Assembly (NCBI GenBank): GCA_038212275.1
Contig: JBBQUR010000001.1
Location: forward strand, 160,001 to 224,000
Direction: 5' to 3'
Source of the DNA: Planctomycetota bacterium
Lineage (GTDB): Bacteria; Planctomycetota; B15-G4
Length of the DNA stretch: 64,000 nucleotides
Shown here: one piece after another, positions 33,554 through 42,283 of the stretch
How the letters are laid out: each line of letters opens with the position of its first letter
Position numbering within the stretch: the first letter of the stretch is position 1
Made by a program: the position numbers and the translations under genes
Notes under the pieces: generated by a model
The model's database searches: none
Seen by the model: only the letters and a program-made list of their open reading frames with translations
Told to the model about the DNA's origin: nothing

Positions 33554-35365
33554 TCAGGTCGTCGGGCTGCCCAGGAAGCGCAGGCAGGTCTCCAGAAGCC
33601 GCGCGCGGTCGACGGGCTTGGACACGTAGTCGTCGCAGCCGAAAGACAGGCACAGATCGCGGTCCGACACCATGCTGTTGGCGGTGAGCGCGACGATCGG
33701 CGCGGTGTAGCCGGCCGTGCGGAGCATGCGCGTCGCTTCGTTGCCGTCGAGCACGGGCATCTGCATGTCCATGAGAATCAGGTCGAAAGGACGCCCCTCG
33801 GACAGTGCCGCAAGTGCGAGGTCATGCGCCAGCCGGCCGTTCTCCGCAAGCACCACGTCGGTGCCGAGTCTGCGCAGCATGTGACTGATGAGGACCTGGT
33901 TGTCGCGCGTGTCCTCGGCCAGGAGCACGCGGCCGCGCAGGCGCACGGACGGTACGGGCTCCGCAGGCGGCTCGCGCGGACTCGTGGCGGCAGGCGCCGG
34001 GGAGCCGCATGCTTCTGACGGCGCGTCGAAGCTCGGCCGGATGAGCGGGACGTCGTCGAGCGCGCCGACATCCACGCACAGCGTGAAGCAGCTGCCGCGC
34101 CCCGGTTCGCTCTGCAGCAGGATGTCGCCGCCGAGCAGGCGTGCCAGTCGCCGCGAGATGGCCAGCCCGAGTCCCGTGCCTCCGAAGCGGCGTGTCGTCG
34201 AGGAGTCGGCCTGCGTGAATGGCTGGAACAGGGACGAGGCTTCCTCGCTCGTCAGGCCGATCCCGGTGTCCGTGACCAGGAAGTGCAGCTGCGGAGGACG
34301 GCCCGGCGACGCGAGGTTCCTGTCCGGCAGGCTGACACTCAGCGTCACGCCGCCCGTCGCGGTGAACTTGATCGCGTTGCCCGCGAGGTTGATCAGGATC
34401 TGGCGCAGGCGCGTCGGGTCGGTGCGGATCGTGGCGGGAATCGGCGTGCCCGCCGACAGGCTGAACGACAGGCCCTTTTCACCGGCACGCGCCTTCATGA
34501 GCGCCTCGACGTCGTGCATGAGCGCTGCGGGAGAGCACTCGGTGCACTCGACCGTCATCTTGCCGGCCTCGATCTTGGACAGGTCCAGGATGTCGTTGAT
34601 CACGGCAAGCAGGTGGTCGCCGTTGCGGCGGATGACCTGCGCGTGCATGCCGACGTCGCTGCGATGGATGTCGGGATCGGACAGCAGGTCCGCGAAACCG
34701 AGGATGGCGGTGAGCGGCGTGCGGATCTCGTGGCTCATGTTCGCCAGGAATTCCGACTTCGTCCGCGTCGCGGCCTGCGCCTCGAGCGTTGCGGCCTGCA
34801 GCAGGCGCGTGCGCTCCTCGACCATGGATTCCAGGTCGTCGGTGCGCATGCGCGCCTTGCCGAGCAGGTTGCGCTTCTCGGTGAGGGCAAGCGCGAGCTG
34901 GCACACCTCCACGGTGTCGAAGGGCTTCTTCAGGATGAGCAGCTGGTCATTCAGGCCGACGCGAGCGCGGATCTGCTCCAGCGAGTGGTCGCTGTAGGCG
35001 CTGCAGATGACCACCTGCAGGTCCGGGTCGATCTGCCAGAGGCGCGCGATGGTCTCGAGACCATCGATGCCGGGGGGCATGCGCATGTCCACGAACGCGA
35101 GCTGGTACGGCGTGCCGCACGCCATCGCCGTGCGCACGAGAACCAGTCCGGCCTCGCCCTGGCTGGCCGCATCCAGTTCGTACTCGTCGGAGCAGACAGT
35201 CGACACCGTTGCGGGCTCGTCGCCGAAGAGGCCGCTGCGCGCGGCGGCGAGTTCCTGGCGGACCGGGCTGGTCTCGGGCCGCAGGATCTTCCGGAAGTCG
35301 GCCAGGATCGACTCGTTGTCGTCGATCACGAGGATTCGTCTGCGGGTCGGGATGGGCGTGCTCAT
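33554..35365 (-). CDS. Hybrid sensor kinase/response regulator (REC-HisKA-HATPase-REC)
   Basis: ILVIDD...FVDMRMPPGIDG; FLANMSHEIRTPL; NLAGNAIKFT; DTGIG; GGTGLGL; C-terminal LMDMQMPVLDG...KP. Confidence 0.94.
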   Translation of the reverse strand: MSTPIPTRRRILVIDDNESILADFRKILRPETSPVRQELAAARSGLFGDEPATVSTVCSDEYELDAASQGEAGLVLVRTAMACGTPYQLAFVDMRMPPGIDGLETIARLWQIDPDLQVVICSAYSDHSLEQIRARVGLNDQLLILKKPFDTVEVCQLALALTEKRNLLGKARMRTDDLESMVEERTRLLQAATLEAQAATRTKSEFLANMSHEIRTPLTAILGFADLLSDPDIHRSDVGMHAQVIRRNGDHLLAVINDILDLSKIEAGKMTVECTECSPAALMHDVEALMKARAGEKGLSFSLSAGTPIPATIRTDPTRLRQILINLAGNAIKFTATGGVTLSVSLPDRNLASPGRPPQLHFLVTDTGIGLTSEEASSLFQPFTQADSSTTRRFGGTGLGLAISRRLARLLGGDILLQSEPGRGSCFTLCVDVGALDDVPLIRPSFDAPSEACGSPAPAATSPREPPAEPVPSVRLRGRVLLAEDTRDNQVLISHMLRRLGTDVVLAENGRLAHDLALAALSEGRPFDLILMDMQMPVLDGNEATRMLRTAGYTAPIVALTANSMVSDRDLCLSFGCDDYVSKPVDRARLLETCLRFLGSPTT

Positions 35366-35368
35366 CGT

Positions 35369-37267
35369 TCAGGCCACCTTGCGCGCGAGTTGCAGGGGCA
35401 GGTCGAGACGGAAGCTGGCGCCGGTGCCGGGGCCGTCGCTGTGCGCGGAGAGCTCGCCGCCGAGTTCGCGCGCCGCATTGGCCGCGGAATGCAGGCCGAA
35501 GCCGTGGCCGTCCTGGCGCGTGGTGAACCCCTGGCGGAACAGTCCCTTCAGGTGCTCGCTGGAGATGCCCGGACCGTTGTCGGTCAACGTGATCCGCACG
35601 CGGTCTCCCGGCATGCGTGCCACGGTGATGGTCATGCGCGGGTCGGGAGTGTCCGCATCGCGCAGGGCCTGGTGCGCGTTCTTCACCAGGTTGACCAGGA
35701 TCTCGAGCAGCTTGTGCCGCCGCAGCAGCAGCCTGGGCAGCGGCTCGAAGCTGCGCACGATGGCCACCGGCGCCGCGCCCGGCAGCACGGGCGAGAGCCG
35801 CAGGGCAGCCTCGATCTGCTGGACCAGATCCAGCGGCTCGGGCTCGGCCTTCGCGCCCACGTTTTCCTGCTGTTCGTCCACGAGGGCGCGGATGTGCTCC
35901 ACGCCGCTCTCGAGCGAATGCAGTTCGGTGAGCATGCGCTCGCGCTCGTCCACGAGGCTTCTGGAGAAGGCTGCGAGAAAGGCCGGCAGGTGCCGGCCGC
36001 GGCTGTCCTCGGTGATGAAGCGTGCGAGGTCCTGCTCGTGCGTTGCGAGCGTCGTGGCGAGACGCGGGGCATCGGAGAGGCTTCCGGCGTTCACCTGTGC
36101 ATGCAGCGCGCCGGTGGACACGTTGACGCTGTTGAGCACGTTGCCCACGTTGTGCAGCACGGCGACGGCGACCTCCGCCTTGCCGTCGCGGTGCGCGCGT
36201 TCCAGCAGCTCCTCGTGGCTCCGCGCGAGTCGCTCGACCATGTCGTCGAAGGCTCGCGAGAGCAGGCCGAACTCGTCGCGGCGCTTGCTGTTCATGCGCT
36301 GCGCGAGGTCGCCGTTGCTGCCGACGGCGAAGACGTGACTGGAAAGCTCTCCCAGGGGCTTGAGGATGGCCTGACGCAGCAGGAAGAACAGGACCGCGAA
36401 CAGAAGCAGCGCCGCGACGAGCATCGACCCGAGCACGAAGGTGACGGCCTGGCGGCCCCGGGCCATCACGGCGCGAGGCAGGTCGGCGCGCACCAGCAGC
36501 GAGGGCCTTCCATCCACGGCCGGCAGCAACGTGAAGGCCAGCATCAGGTCGTCGTCCTGCGGCTGCAGGATGTCGTGCTCGCCCGAGAGCAGCGCCCCCA
36601 GCGCCTGCTGTTCCACGGGCTTCAGCGCCGTCGTCGCGAGCGTGATCGGGTCGATCGCCACCCTGGTCTGCGCGCACAGCTGCTGCACGCGTTCCGGCGT
36701 GAGCAGAACACCCATGATCAGCCAGCCGCGCATCGCTTCCTGCTTGAGGCTGTCCACGATGGGGCGGCTGGACACGAGCATGGTCCCGAGCTCGGTCGAG
36801 ACCAGTCCCTTGACACCCACCTCCGGGTCGGTGCTTGCGAGCAGCGGATGGTTCGTCGGCCAGGCCGTCGAGCCGAAGGCGCTCAGTTGCTGCGCCTCGT
36901 GATCATGGTCCGGGTGGCGGAAGCTGCAGAAGGGCACCTGGCCGTCCAGCGACTGGATGCGCACCACGTCGAAGTTGCCGTTCTCGTAGGCGGAGACCTG
37001 CAGGTTCGCGCGCACGTAATCGTCGTCGTGGTCGGCGACGAAGTGAAACGTGTCATCCCAGGACGCCCAGTCGTGGCAGAAGGAATCGAGCGTGTCGATG
37101 TCCTTCTCGAGCGCTTCGATGGCGCGCGCGAGATTCCGGTGCGACTGCTCGGCTTCCAGCTCCTGGAAACTGGGCAGCAGGATCATGCGCTGGATGCCGT
37201 ACACGCACGCGCCGAACAGCACGACCACGAAGAGCAGGCTGAGCAGAAGGTGCGTACGGATGGACAT
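35369..37267 (-). CDS. CHASE4-HAMP sensor histidine kinase
   Basis: TM, then DWASWDDT (CHASE4 signature), second TM, HAMP DEFGLL..FD.M, H-box VLHNVGNVLN, NLVKNA, DNGPGI, GHGFGLH; ATG 37267. Confidence 0.9.
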   Translation of the reverse strand: MSIRTHLLLSLLFVVVLFGACVYGIQRMILLPSFQELEAEQSHRNLARAIEALEKDIDTLDSFCHDWASWDDTFHFVADHDDDYVRANLQVSAYENGNFDVVRIQSLDGQVPFCSFRHPDHDHEAQQLSAFGSTAWPTNHPLLASTDPEVGVKGLVSTELGTMLVSSRPIVDSLKQEAMRGWLIMGVLLTPERVQQLCAQTRVAIDPITLATTALKPVEQQALGALLSGEHDILQPQDDDLMLAFTLLPAVDGRPSLLVRADLPRAVMARGRQAVTFVLGSMLVAALLLFAVLFFLLRQAILKPLGELSSHVFAVGSNGDLAQRMNSKRRDEFGLLSRAFDDMVERLARSHEELLERAHRDGKAEVAVAVLHNVGNVLNSVNVSTGALHAQVNAGSLSDAPRLATTLATHEQDLARFITEDSRGRHLPAFLAAFSRSLVDERERMLTELHSLESGVEHIRALVDEQQENVGAKAEPEPLDLVQQIEAALRLSPVLPGAAPVAIVRSFEPLPRLLLRRHKLLEILVNLVKNAHQALRDADTPDPRMTITVARMPGDRVRITLTDNGPGISSEHLKGLFRQGFTTRQDGHGFGLHSAANAARELGGELSAHSDGPGTGASFRLDLPLQLARKVA

Positions 37268-37419
37268 GCCTGCAGCCCGAGGGAAAAGACTGTCCGTCCC
37301 TTCGACCGATTGTCGCGGCAAGCTTGACCGGTGCTGCGCGTAGGCATTGCGCCGCTCCCGCCGGCGTGCCCAGGGTGCGTGTTGGGCCCGATGCGCGCGG
37401 TGCACGATCCACCAGTGAC

Positions 37420-37916
37420 CTAGCAGTCGGCGCAGCCCTGGGCTCCCTGTTCGTCGGACGAACGGAGCGAGGCCAGCTCCGTCGGAGGTTCGACTCCCAG
37501 TACGCCGCGTTCGAGCGGCACCCACGCTGCAAGCACGTGGGACAGCGACGCGAGGTAGTTGCCGGCGAGCGCGGCTTCCGAGCCATCGGCCTTGCAGTAC
37601 ACGGCGGATGCGAAGGCGGGCACGGTGGCATCGCGGAGCCGGGCATCCCATGGCGCAGCGTGCCCAGCAGATCGTCGTCGCTGGGGTTGGCATTGTCGGT
37701 GGAGACGATGCGGAAGGTGCCGCTCACGAAGTTGCGCGGCTTGGGACTGAGCAGGTAGGCGGCCGGGCCGTCGCCGCGGCCGGCCTCGCCGTGGCACGTG
37801 GCGCAGTGGCGCGCGTAGAGCGTCGCACCGCTCGCCAGCACGCTGTCGTCCTAGCTGACGGACTGGCCCCGCGCCGGAGCCAGCAGCGTGGTCGTCAGGA
37901 TGATGGTCAGTCGCAT
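37420..37916 (-). pseudogene. Cytochrome c pseudogene
   Basis: Signal peptide from ATG 37916, in-frame TAG at 37851-37853, then GATLYARHCATCHGEAGRGDGPAA...PRNF...GMPGSAMPP; recognisable similarity ends near 37623. Confidence 0.72.
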
Positions 37917-38040
37917 GCACCCGCGCATGCTCGGCGCATGCATCCGGAACCATGACCTGCGCCATGTCCGCATCGCGTTCTCCCGAACCAAGAGGCCATC
38001 TGCACAGGCCCCCTTGTCGCGCCGCGCCAAGCCCGCTTCC

Positions 38041-38054
38041 TTGACCGATGTCAA
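38041..38054. promoter_or_regulatory. FNR/FixK-like (CRP family) binding site
   Basis: Perfect dyad TTGAC-CGAT-GTCAA against consensus TTGAT-N4-ATCAA, about 125 nt upstream of the cytochrome c start. Confidence 0.55.
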
Positions 38055-38267
38055 TGTGCAGCGACACCGCCAGAGCGGCCGCGGATCGTCGGCATCGCGG
38101 GCCGTCCCGCTCGCGGCCGGCGGACGTGAGGCGTGCCAGCTGCTTGTGCGGGATGGGCCTGACGACGAAACTCGTCTGCGGAGTCGCAGCGTCGCGACGG
38201 GCGTTCGCCGTGCGAGCGTGGTCAGCTTGCGGGCGACCGCGAGTGGCAGCCCCGGGAGGATGAGTCA

Positions 38268-38864
38268 GTGAAGAGCGCGGTGTTCGTGTCCGGCCTGTGC
38301 GGCGTCGTCGCGGGTCTGCTGTTCGGGATGCTCGTGTGGGGTGGGGCGGGCGAGCCGGGCGCGCTGCCGTCCGCCGGCGTCAAGGCGGACGCCGAACTGC
38401 TCGCCACGCTGCGCGACCTGCGCGCGGCCGTCGACCGGCTGGCCGCGCGCGACGCGCTGCCGACCGGGCCCGCATCGGCCACCGCATCCGGCGCCGCCGC
38501 GCCCGCGCCGGTGCAGCCGCTGACCGCCGCGCCCTCGGCCGACGACTACCGCGTCGTGCTCGACCAGGCCGTCGCCGCGCTGCGCGAGGCGGCCAACGCG
38601 GGCAGCACCGGCTTCGCGGATCAGCCGGTGAGCCCCGATGCGGGCGACCGGTTGAAGCGGGCGTTCGCTTCCGACAAGGCGGTCTATCTCGAAATCTTCG
38701 GGTGTTCGCCGCGCGGCGTTTTCGCGAAGCTCGGCCGACCCTCATGGGTGGTACCCAACGATGGGCAAGTCGTCTGGCACTACACCGATGACGCCACGCG
38801 ACAAGACTTCGAGGTGAGGTTCATGGATGGGTATGTCTCGTCCTACTGGCTCAGGCAGCAGTGA
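38268..38864 (+). CDS. Hypothetical membrane-anchored protein, possible SmpA/OmlA-like C-terminal domain
   Basis: N-terminal TM, Ala/Pro linker, KLGRPSW...WHY...EVRFMDGYV; GGAGG upstream. Confidence 0.65.
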   Translation: MKSAVFVSGLCGVVAGLLFGMLVWGGAGEPGALPSAGVKADAELLATLRDLRAAVDRLAARDALPTGPASATASGAAAPAPVQPLTAAPSADDYRVVLDQAVAALREAANAGSTGFADQPVSPDAGDRLKRAFASDKAVYLEIFGCSPRGVFAKLGRPSWVVPNDGQVVWHYTDDATRQDFEVRFMDGYVSSYWLRQQ

Positions 38865-38984
38865 GCGTTCCGGGTCGCGCTCGATCGAGACCATGCGCAT
38901 GGCTGGATGCCCCTCTCCTGCCGGTTCCGGAGCCTCAGCTTCACCGTCGCGCTCTGAAAGCGGAGGGCGGCGTGCCGCGAAGGG

Positions 38985-39815
38985 TCACAGCGTGACGCCG
39001 AACAGTCCCTTGAGCGCGAGGCCGGCAACGATGGAAAGCACGAAGAAGGCGGCGAGGATGCCGCCCTCGCCACCGGGGAACCAGCCGAGATCCCTCTCGG
39101 GGTACTTCCAGCGGATCGTTTCCACGGGTGAGTCGCTCGGCAGGCCCTCTTCGCCCGGATAGAGGAAGCCTTCCCAGCTCTTGGTGCGCATGACCGGCAC
39201 GCGGCGGTTCTCGCCGCCCACGGCGATGCTCTTGGTCACCGCGCTGTCGCCGACGTGCACGGTGACGACGAGGTCGCCCGGCGCCTCGGTCCGCAGGCGC
39301 CACGCGATCTCGCCCCGGGCGGTGCGCACGGGTGGCGCGTCCTGCACCAGCCCCGGCGGAAGCTCCAGCGTCACGGCGGTGATCGGCACCGACAGATGCG
39401 CCGGATCGAGCTGGACCTCCAGGATTTCCACCGTGCCGACCGGAACCGGTGCGAAGGCGTATGTGGCCTCGAGCTGGAAGAGGATGGTCATCATCGGCAC
39501 GAACATGACCACCATCGGCAGCAGGTTGTGGCCGATGTACAGCGCGTTCTTCCACAGGATCTTCAGCGTTGCGGTGAAGACTCCGAGGATGTCCTCGTTG
39601 TAGAGGCGGATCTCGAGCAGGTGCACCTTGATGTCGTTCTTCGCCGCTGCGATGCCCTTCTGGTTGCTCGCGTGCTTGTAGACGATCAGCGCGACGATGC
39701 CGCCGAGAACGGACCAGAAGATGATGTCGGCCCACGGCGACCACGCGCGCTGCACGCCGAACGGGGCGAGCAGCACGCCGAAGATGGCCGAGGTGATGGC
39801 GTTGAACGTGTTCAT
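38985..39815 (-). CDS. Membrane protein resembling DUF106/EMC3/TMCO1 (Oxa1 superfamily) with an extracytoplasmic insert
   Basis: TM1, helical segment SNQKGIAAAKNDIK..., TM2 LLPMVVMFVPMMTIL, beta-rich loop, TM3 FFVLSIVAGLALK; last gene of the sat operon; family call made by eye. Confidence 0.6.
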   Translation of the reverse strand: MNTFNAITSAIFGVLLAPFGVQRAWSPWADIIFWSVLGGIVALIVYKHASNQKGIAAAKNDIKVHLLEIRLYNEDILGVFTATLKILWKNALYIGHNLLPMVVMFVPMMTILFQLEATYAFAPVPVGTVEILEVQLDPAHLSVPITAVTLELPPGLVQDAPPVRTARGEIAWRLRTEAPGDLVVTVHVGDSAVTKSIAVGGENRRVPVMRTKSWEGFLYPGEEGLPSDSPVETIRWKYPERDLGWFPGGEGGILAAFFVLSIVAGLALKGLFGVTL

Positions 39816-39828
39816 GGCATGCGGCTGC

Positions 39829-40023
39829 TCAGGAGATGTAGCCGAGTCCGCGCAGCTTGTTCTTGATGTCCTCGTCGCTCTCGGCGTCCTCGAACTGCTG
39901 CAGTTCCTTCTCGAGGATGTGCGTGATGAACTCCTCGACGGTGGCGTAACCGGCCGTGTCGGAGACCTTCTTCAGGCGCGCGATGAGGTCCTTGTCGAGC
40001 TTGACTTTGCCGCCACCGAACAT
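39829..40023 (-). CDS. Small ribbon-helix-helix-like protein with LxxLGY tail (64 aa)
   Basis: KVKLDKDLIARLKKVSDTAGYATVEEFITHILEK, ends DEDIKNKLRGLGYIS; GGAG RBS. Confidence 0.85.
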   Translation of the reverse strand: MFGGGKVKLDKDLIARLKKVSDTAGYATVEEFITHILEKELQQFEDAESDEDIKNKLRGLGYIS

Positions 40024-40105
40024 GGTTGTCTCCCGTGAGTTGAGTTGCCGTCCGCCACCCGAGTGCGGCGGAGCGTCGTGCGTGACTTGCCTGGCTTGAA
40101 GTGTG

Positions 40106-42283
40106 TCAGCGATCGAGGATGGAGTGGCCCACCATGCCCTCGCCCGCGGGCAGCCCGAAGTGCTGCAGGAGCGTGACGGTGAGGTCGGGGAGCGCGTGGC
40201 CCGCGCGGGGCAGCTTCCGATTCACGAGCAGGATACCGGGGACGACCTCGGGAGCCATGAGGTGGCTGCCGGACCACAGGTCGTCGTTGTCCGAGAGCAC
40301 GTCCGTGCCGACGTGGCCCAGCGTCGAGGCGTCGGAGCAGTCATAGCCGGCGTTGTAGCCGACGATGACGTCCGGGGCCTCGGCGCGACGCGGTGCCGAA
40401 TAGATGTCGCGGCTGCGGTCCACGCGCAGGACGACCTGGCCGCCGTCCTTGTCGTCGCGCCATGCGAGCAGGTCGGCCGAGAGCTTCGCCATGAGCGCGT
40501 CGGCATCGGCGGGATCCACGCTGCCGCGCGCTTCGCGTCCCTTGAGGTTCAGATACAGGCCGTTGAAGCCGAGGCCGTAGACCGTCGTGCGCGTCCAGTC
40601 GATGTCGCTCGCGTCGATGTCGGGCACGCCGGAGACCACCACCTTGACCGTGCTCCCGTCGTCGAGCACGCGCTCCTCGACCTTGTCGGGCGAGGGAATG
40701 TCGCCCTCGGTCTTGTCCCCCTTGAGGAACAGGTAGCCATGCTCGCGCAACCAGCTGTTGGTGTGCGCCTGCCGCGTGTAGGGCTGGAAGCCGTGGTCCG
40801 ACATGACGATGAGCAGCGTGCCCTCGGGCAGCGCCGTGCGCACCTTGCCGAGCAGCCTGTCGCAGTTGCGGTAATGATTCTCGATGTCGAGCGAGTGCCG
40901 GGCCGCGCTGTCCTTCTCCCACGCGGGGTGGTGGGGCACGCCGGGCGTCTTCGGGTCGCCGTGGCGCCACTCCATGTGGCACTGCAGGTCGATGTCCGAG
41001 AGATACATGAAGCTGCACTTGCCGGGACCGAAGCGCTCCAGCGCGAGGTCGAGCATGCGCTCGCCGTCGGCGTGCACGAGCCCGACCTGCAGCTCGTAGT
41101 CGTCATCGTCGAAGAGGCCGTCCTTGAGGGCGTTGATCTCCTCGGGGAAGCCCTGCGTCCAGTACGGGCCGAGCGCGGCGGCGAGCGCTTCGGCGGCGCC
41201 GTCCGGCGTGGCGATCGGCTGCGCGGGCGCGGCCGGATCGATGTTCACGGGCGAAGCGTAGAGCTTGAAGCCGGGGCGCACTTCCTTGGCGTAGAAGCGC
41301 ACGATGCCGTGCAGCGACAGCATGCCCATCGGCAGCGCATCGAAACTCACGTTCAACCACTCGCTGAACTCGCCCTCGCGCACGATCGTCTCGGAGCCTC
41401 CGACCCGGATCCACAGCACATCCTCCTCGGGATCGACGTGCACGGTGAGGTCGGTGACGAGGTAGTCGTTCTTGCCCGGCAGCTGGCCCGGCTCGAGGTG
41501 GAAGATGTCCGGCGGACCGCGCAGTTTCGTGTGCACGGTGTCGGGGGTGCCGTCGAGGTCCTCGTCGTCCACGGTGACGAACTCGAGGTCGGCCTTGTGG
41601 TCCTTCAGCTTGGTGAAGGCGTCATCGGTGTACCAGGTGTACTTGCCGTACTCGCCGCGCATGTCCACCGTGCCCATGCCGGAGAGCGTCAGGGCTTCGC
41701 TGGCAGGCACCGGATAGTTGCCGGGAATGCGATAGACCTGCGTGTCCACGCCGATCTCGTGCAGGTAATCCCAGTAGGGCTTGCCGCTGCGGTTGTTGCC
41801 GACGGTCTCGCCGCCGAGCGGCAGCACGTAGCCGAAGAGATGCACCGAGCCGGGCACGTCGACGGACGGCGGCGGCGTCGCCGACGCGATTGGCCGATAC
41901 GTCGCCGGGTCGCGGTGCACGAAGTCGAAGATGCCGTGGCCGCCGGGATCCATGCCCGTCGCGAAGGTGGACCACGCGACCGGGCTCTGCGGCGGATTCA
42001 CCGTGGCGAGCGACTGGAAGGTGCCTTCCGCGGCGAGCCGCGTGAACTCGGGCATCTTGCCTTCGTCCATGAGGCGCTGAAGGATCACCGGGTCCATGCC
42101 GTCGATGCCGAGCACGAAGGCTCCGGGCTTGACGGGCGCATCGGCATCGCTCGCGCCGCGCGCCGCGGGAATCAGAGCCGACAGCAGGCCCAGAGCGGCC
42201 AGCGCGCACGCGGCGGTCGGGAGGCGCGCGCCTGCACGACGGCGCGTCCGCAGTGCTTCGAATCTGGAGCCGCGAGGCCTCAT
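40106..42283 (-). CDS. Exported alkaline-phosphatase-superfamily (nucleotide pyrophosphatase-like) protein, ~725 aa
   Basis: Signal peptide, GIDGMDP, NPPQSPVAWSTF, DLQCH, VMSDHGF, WSGSH; ATG 42283 overlaps the upstream stop (ATGA). Confidence 0.88.
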   Translation of the reverse strand: MRPRGSRFEALRTRRRAGARLPTAACALAALGLLSALIPAARGASDADAPVKPGAFVLGIDGMDPVILQRLMDEGKMPEFTRLAAEGTFQSLATVNPPQSPVAWSTFATGMDPGGHGIFDFVHRDPATYRPIASATPPPSVDVPGSVHLFGYVLPLGGETVGNNRSGKPYWDYLHEIGVDTQVYRIPGNYPVPASEALTLSGMGTVDMRGEYGKYTWYTDDAFTKLKDHKADLEFVTVDDEDLDGTPDTVHTKLRGPPDIFHLEPGQLPGKNDYLVTDLTVHVDPEEDVLWIRVGGSETIVREGEFSEWLNVSFDALPMGMLSLHGIVRFYAKEVRPGFKLYASPVNIDPAAPAQPIATPDGAAEALAAALGPYWTQGFPEEINALKDGLFDDDDYELQVGLVHADGERMLDLALERFGPGKCSFMYLSDIDLQCHMEWRHGDPKTPGVPHHPAWEKDSAARHSLDIENHYRNCDRLLGKVRTALPEGTLLIVMSDHGFQPYTRQAHTNSWLREHGYLFLKGDKTEGDIPSPDKVEERVLDDGSTVKVVVSGVPDIDASDIDWTRTTVYGLGFNGLYLNLKGREARGSVDPADADALMAKLSADLLAWRDDKDGGQVVLRVDRSRDIYSAPRRAEAPDVIVGYNAGYDCSDASTLGHVGTDVLSDNDDLWSGSHLMAPEVVPGILLVNRKLPRAGHALPDLTVTLLQHFGLPAGEGMVGHSILDR

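Noticed and set aside
34283..37327. Very long antisense ORFs (also 1237-2970, 28366-30696, 40103-42385, 42253-44661 and others)
   Set aside because: Shadow ORFs expected at this GC content opposite well-supported genes; no motifs
37851..37853. Amber readthrough (pyrrolysine or recoding) in the cytochrome c gene
   Set aside because: TAG terminates intact genes here (47610, 49237, 51474), no pyl genes are seen, and the gene is also truncated downstream
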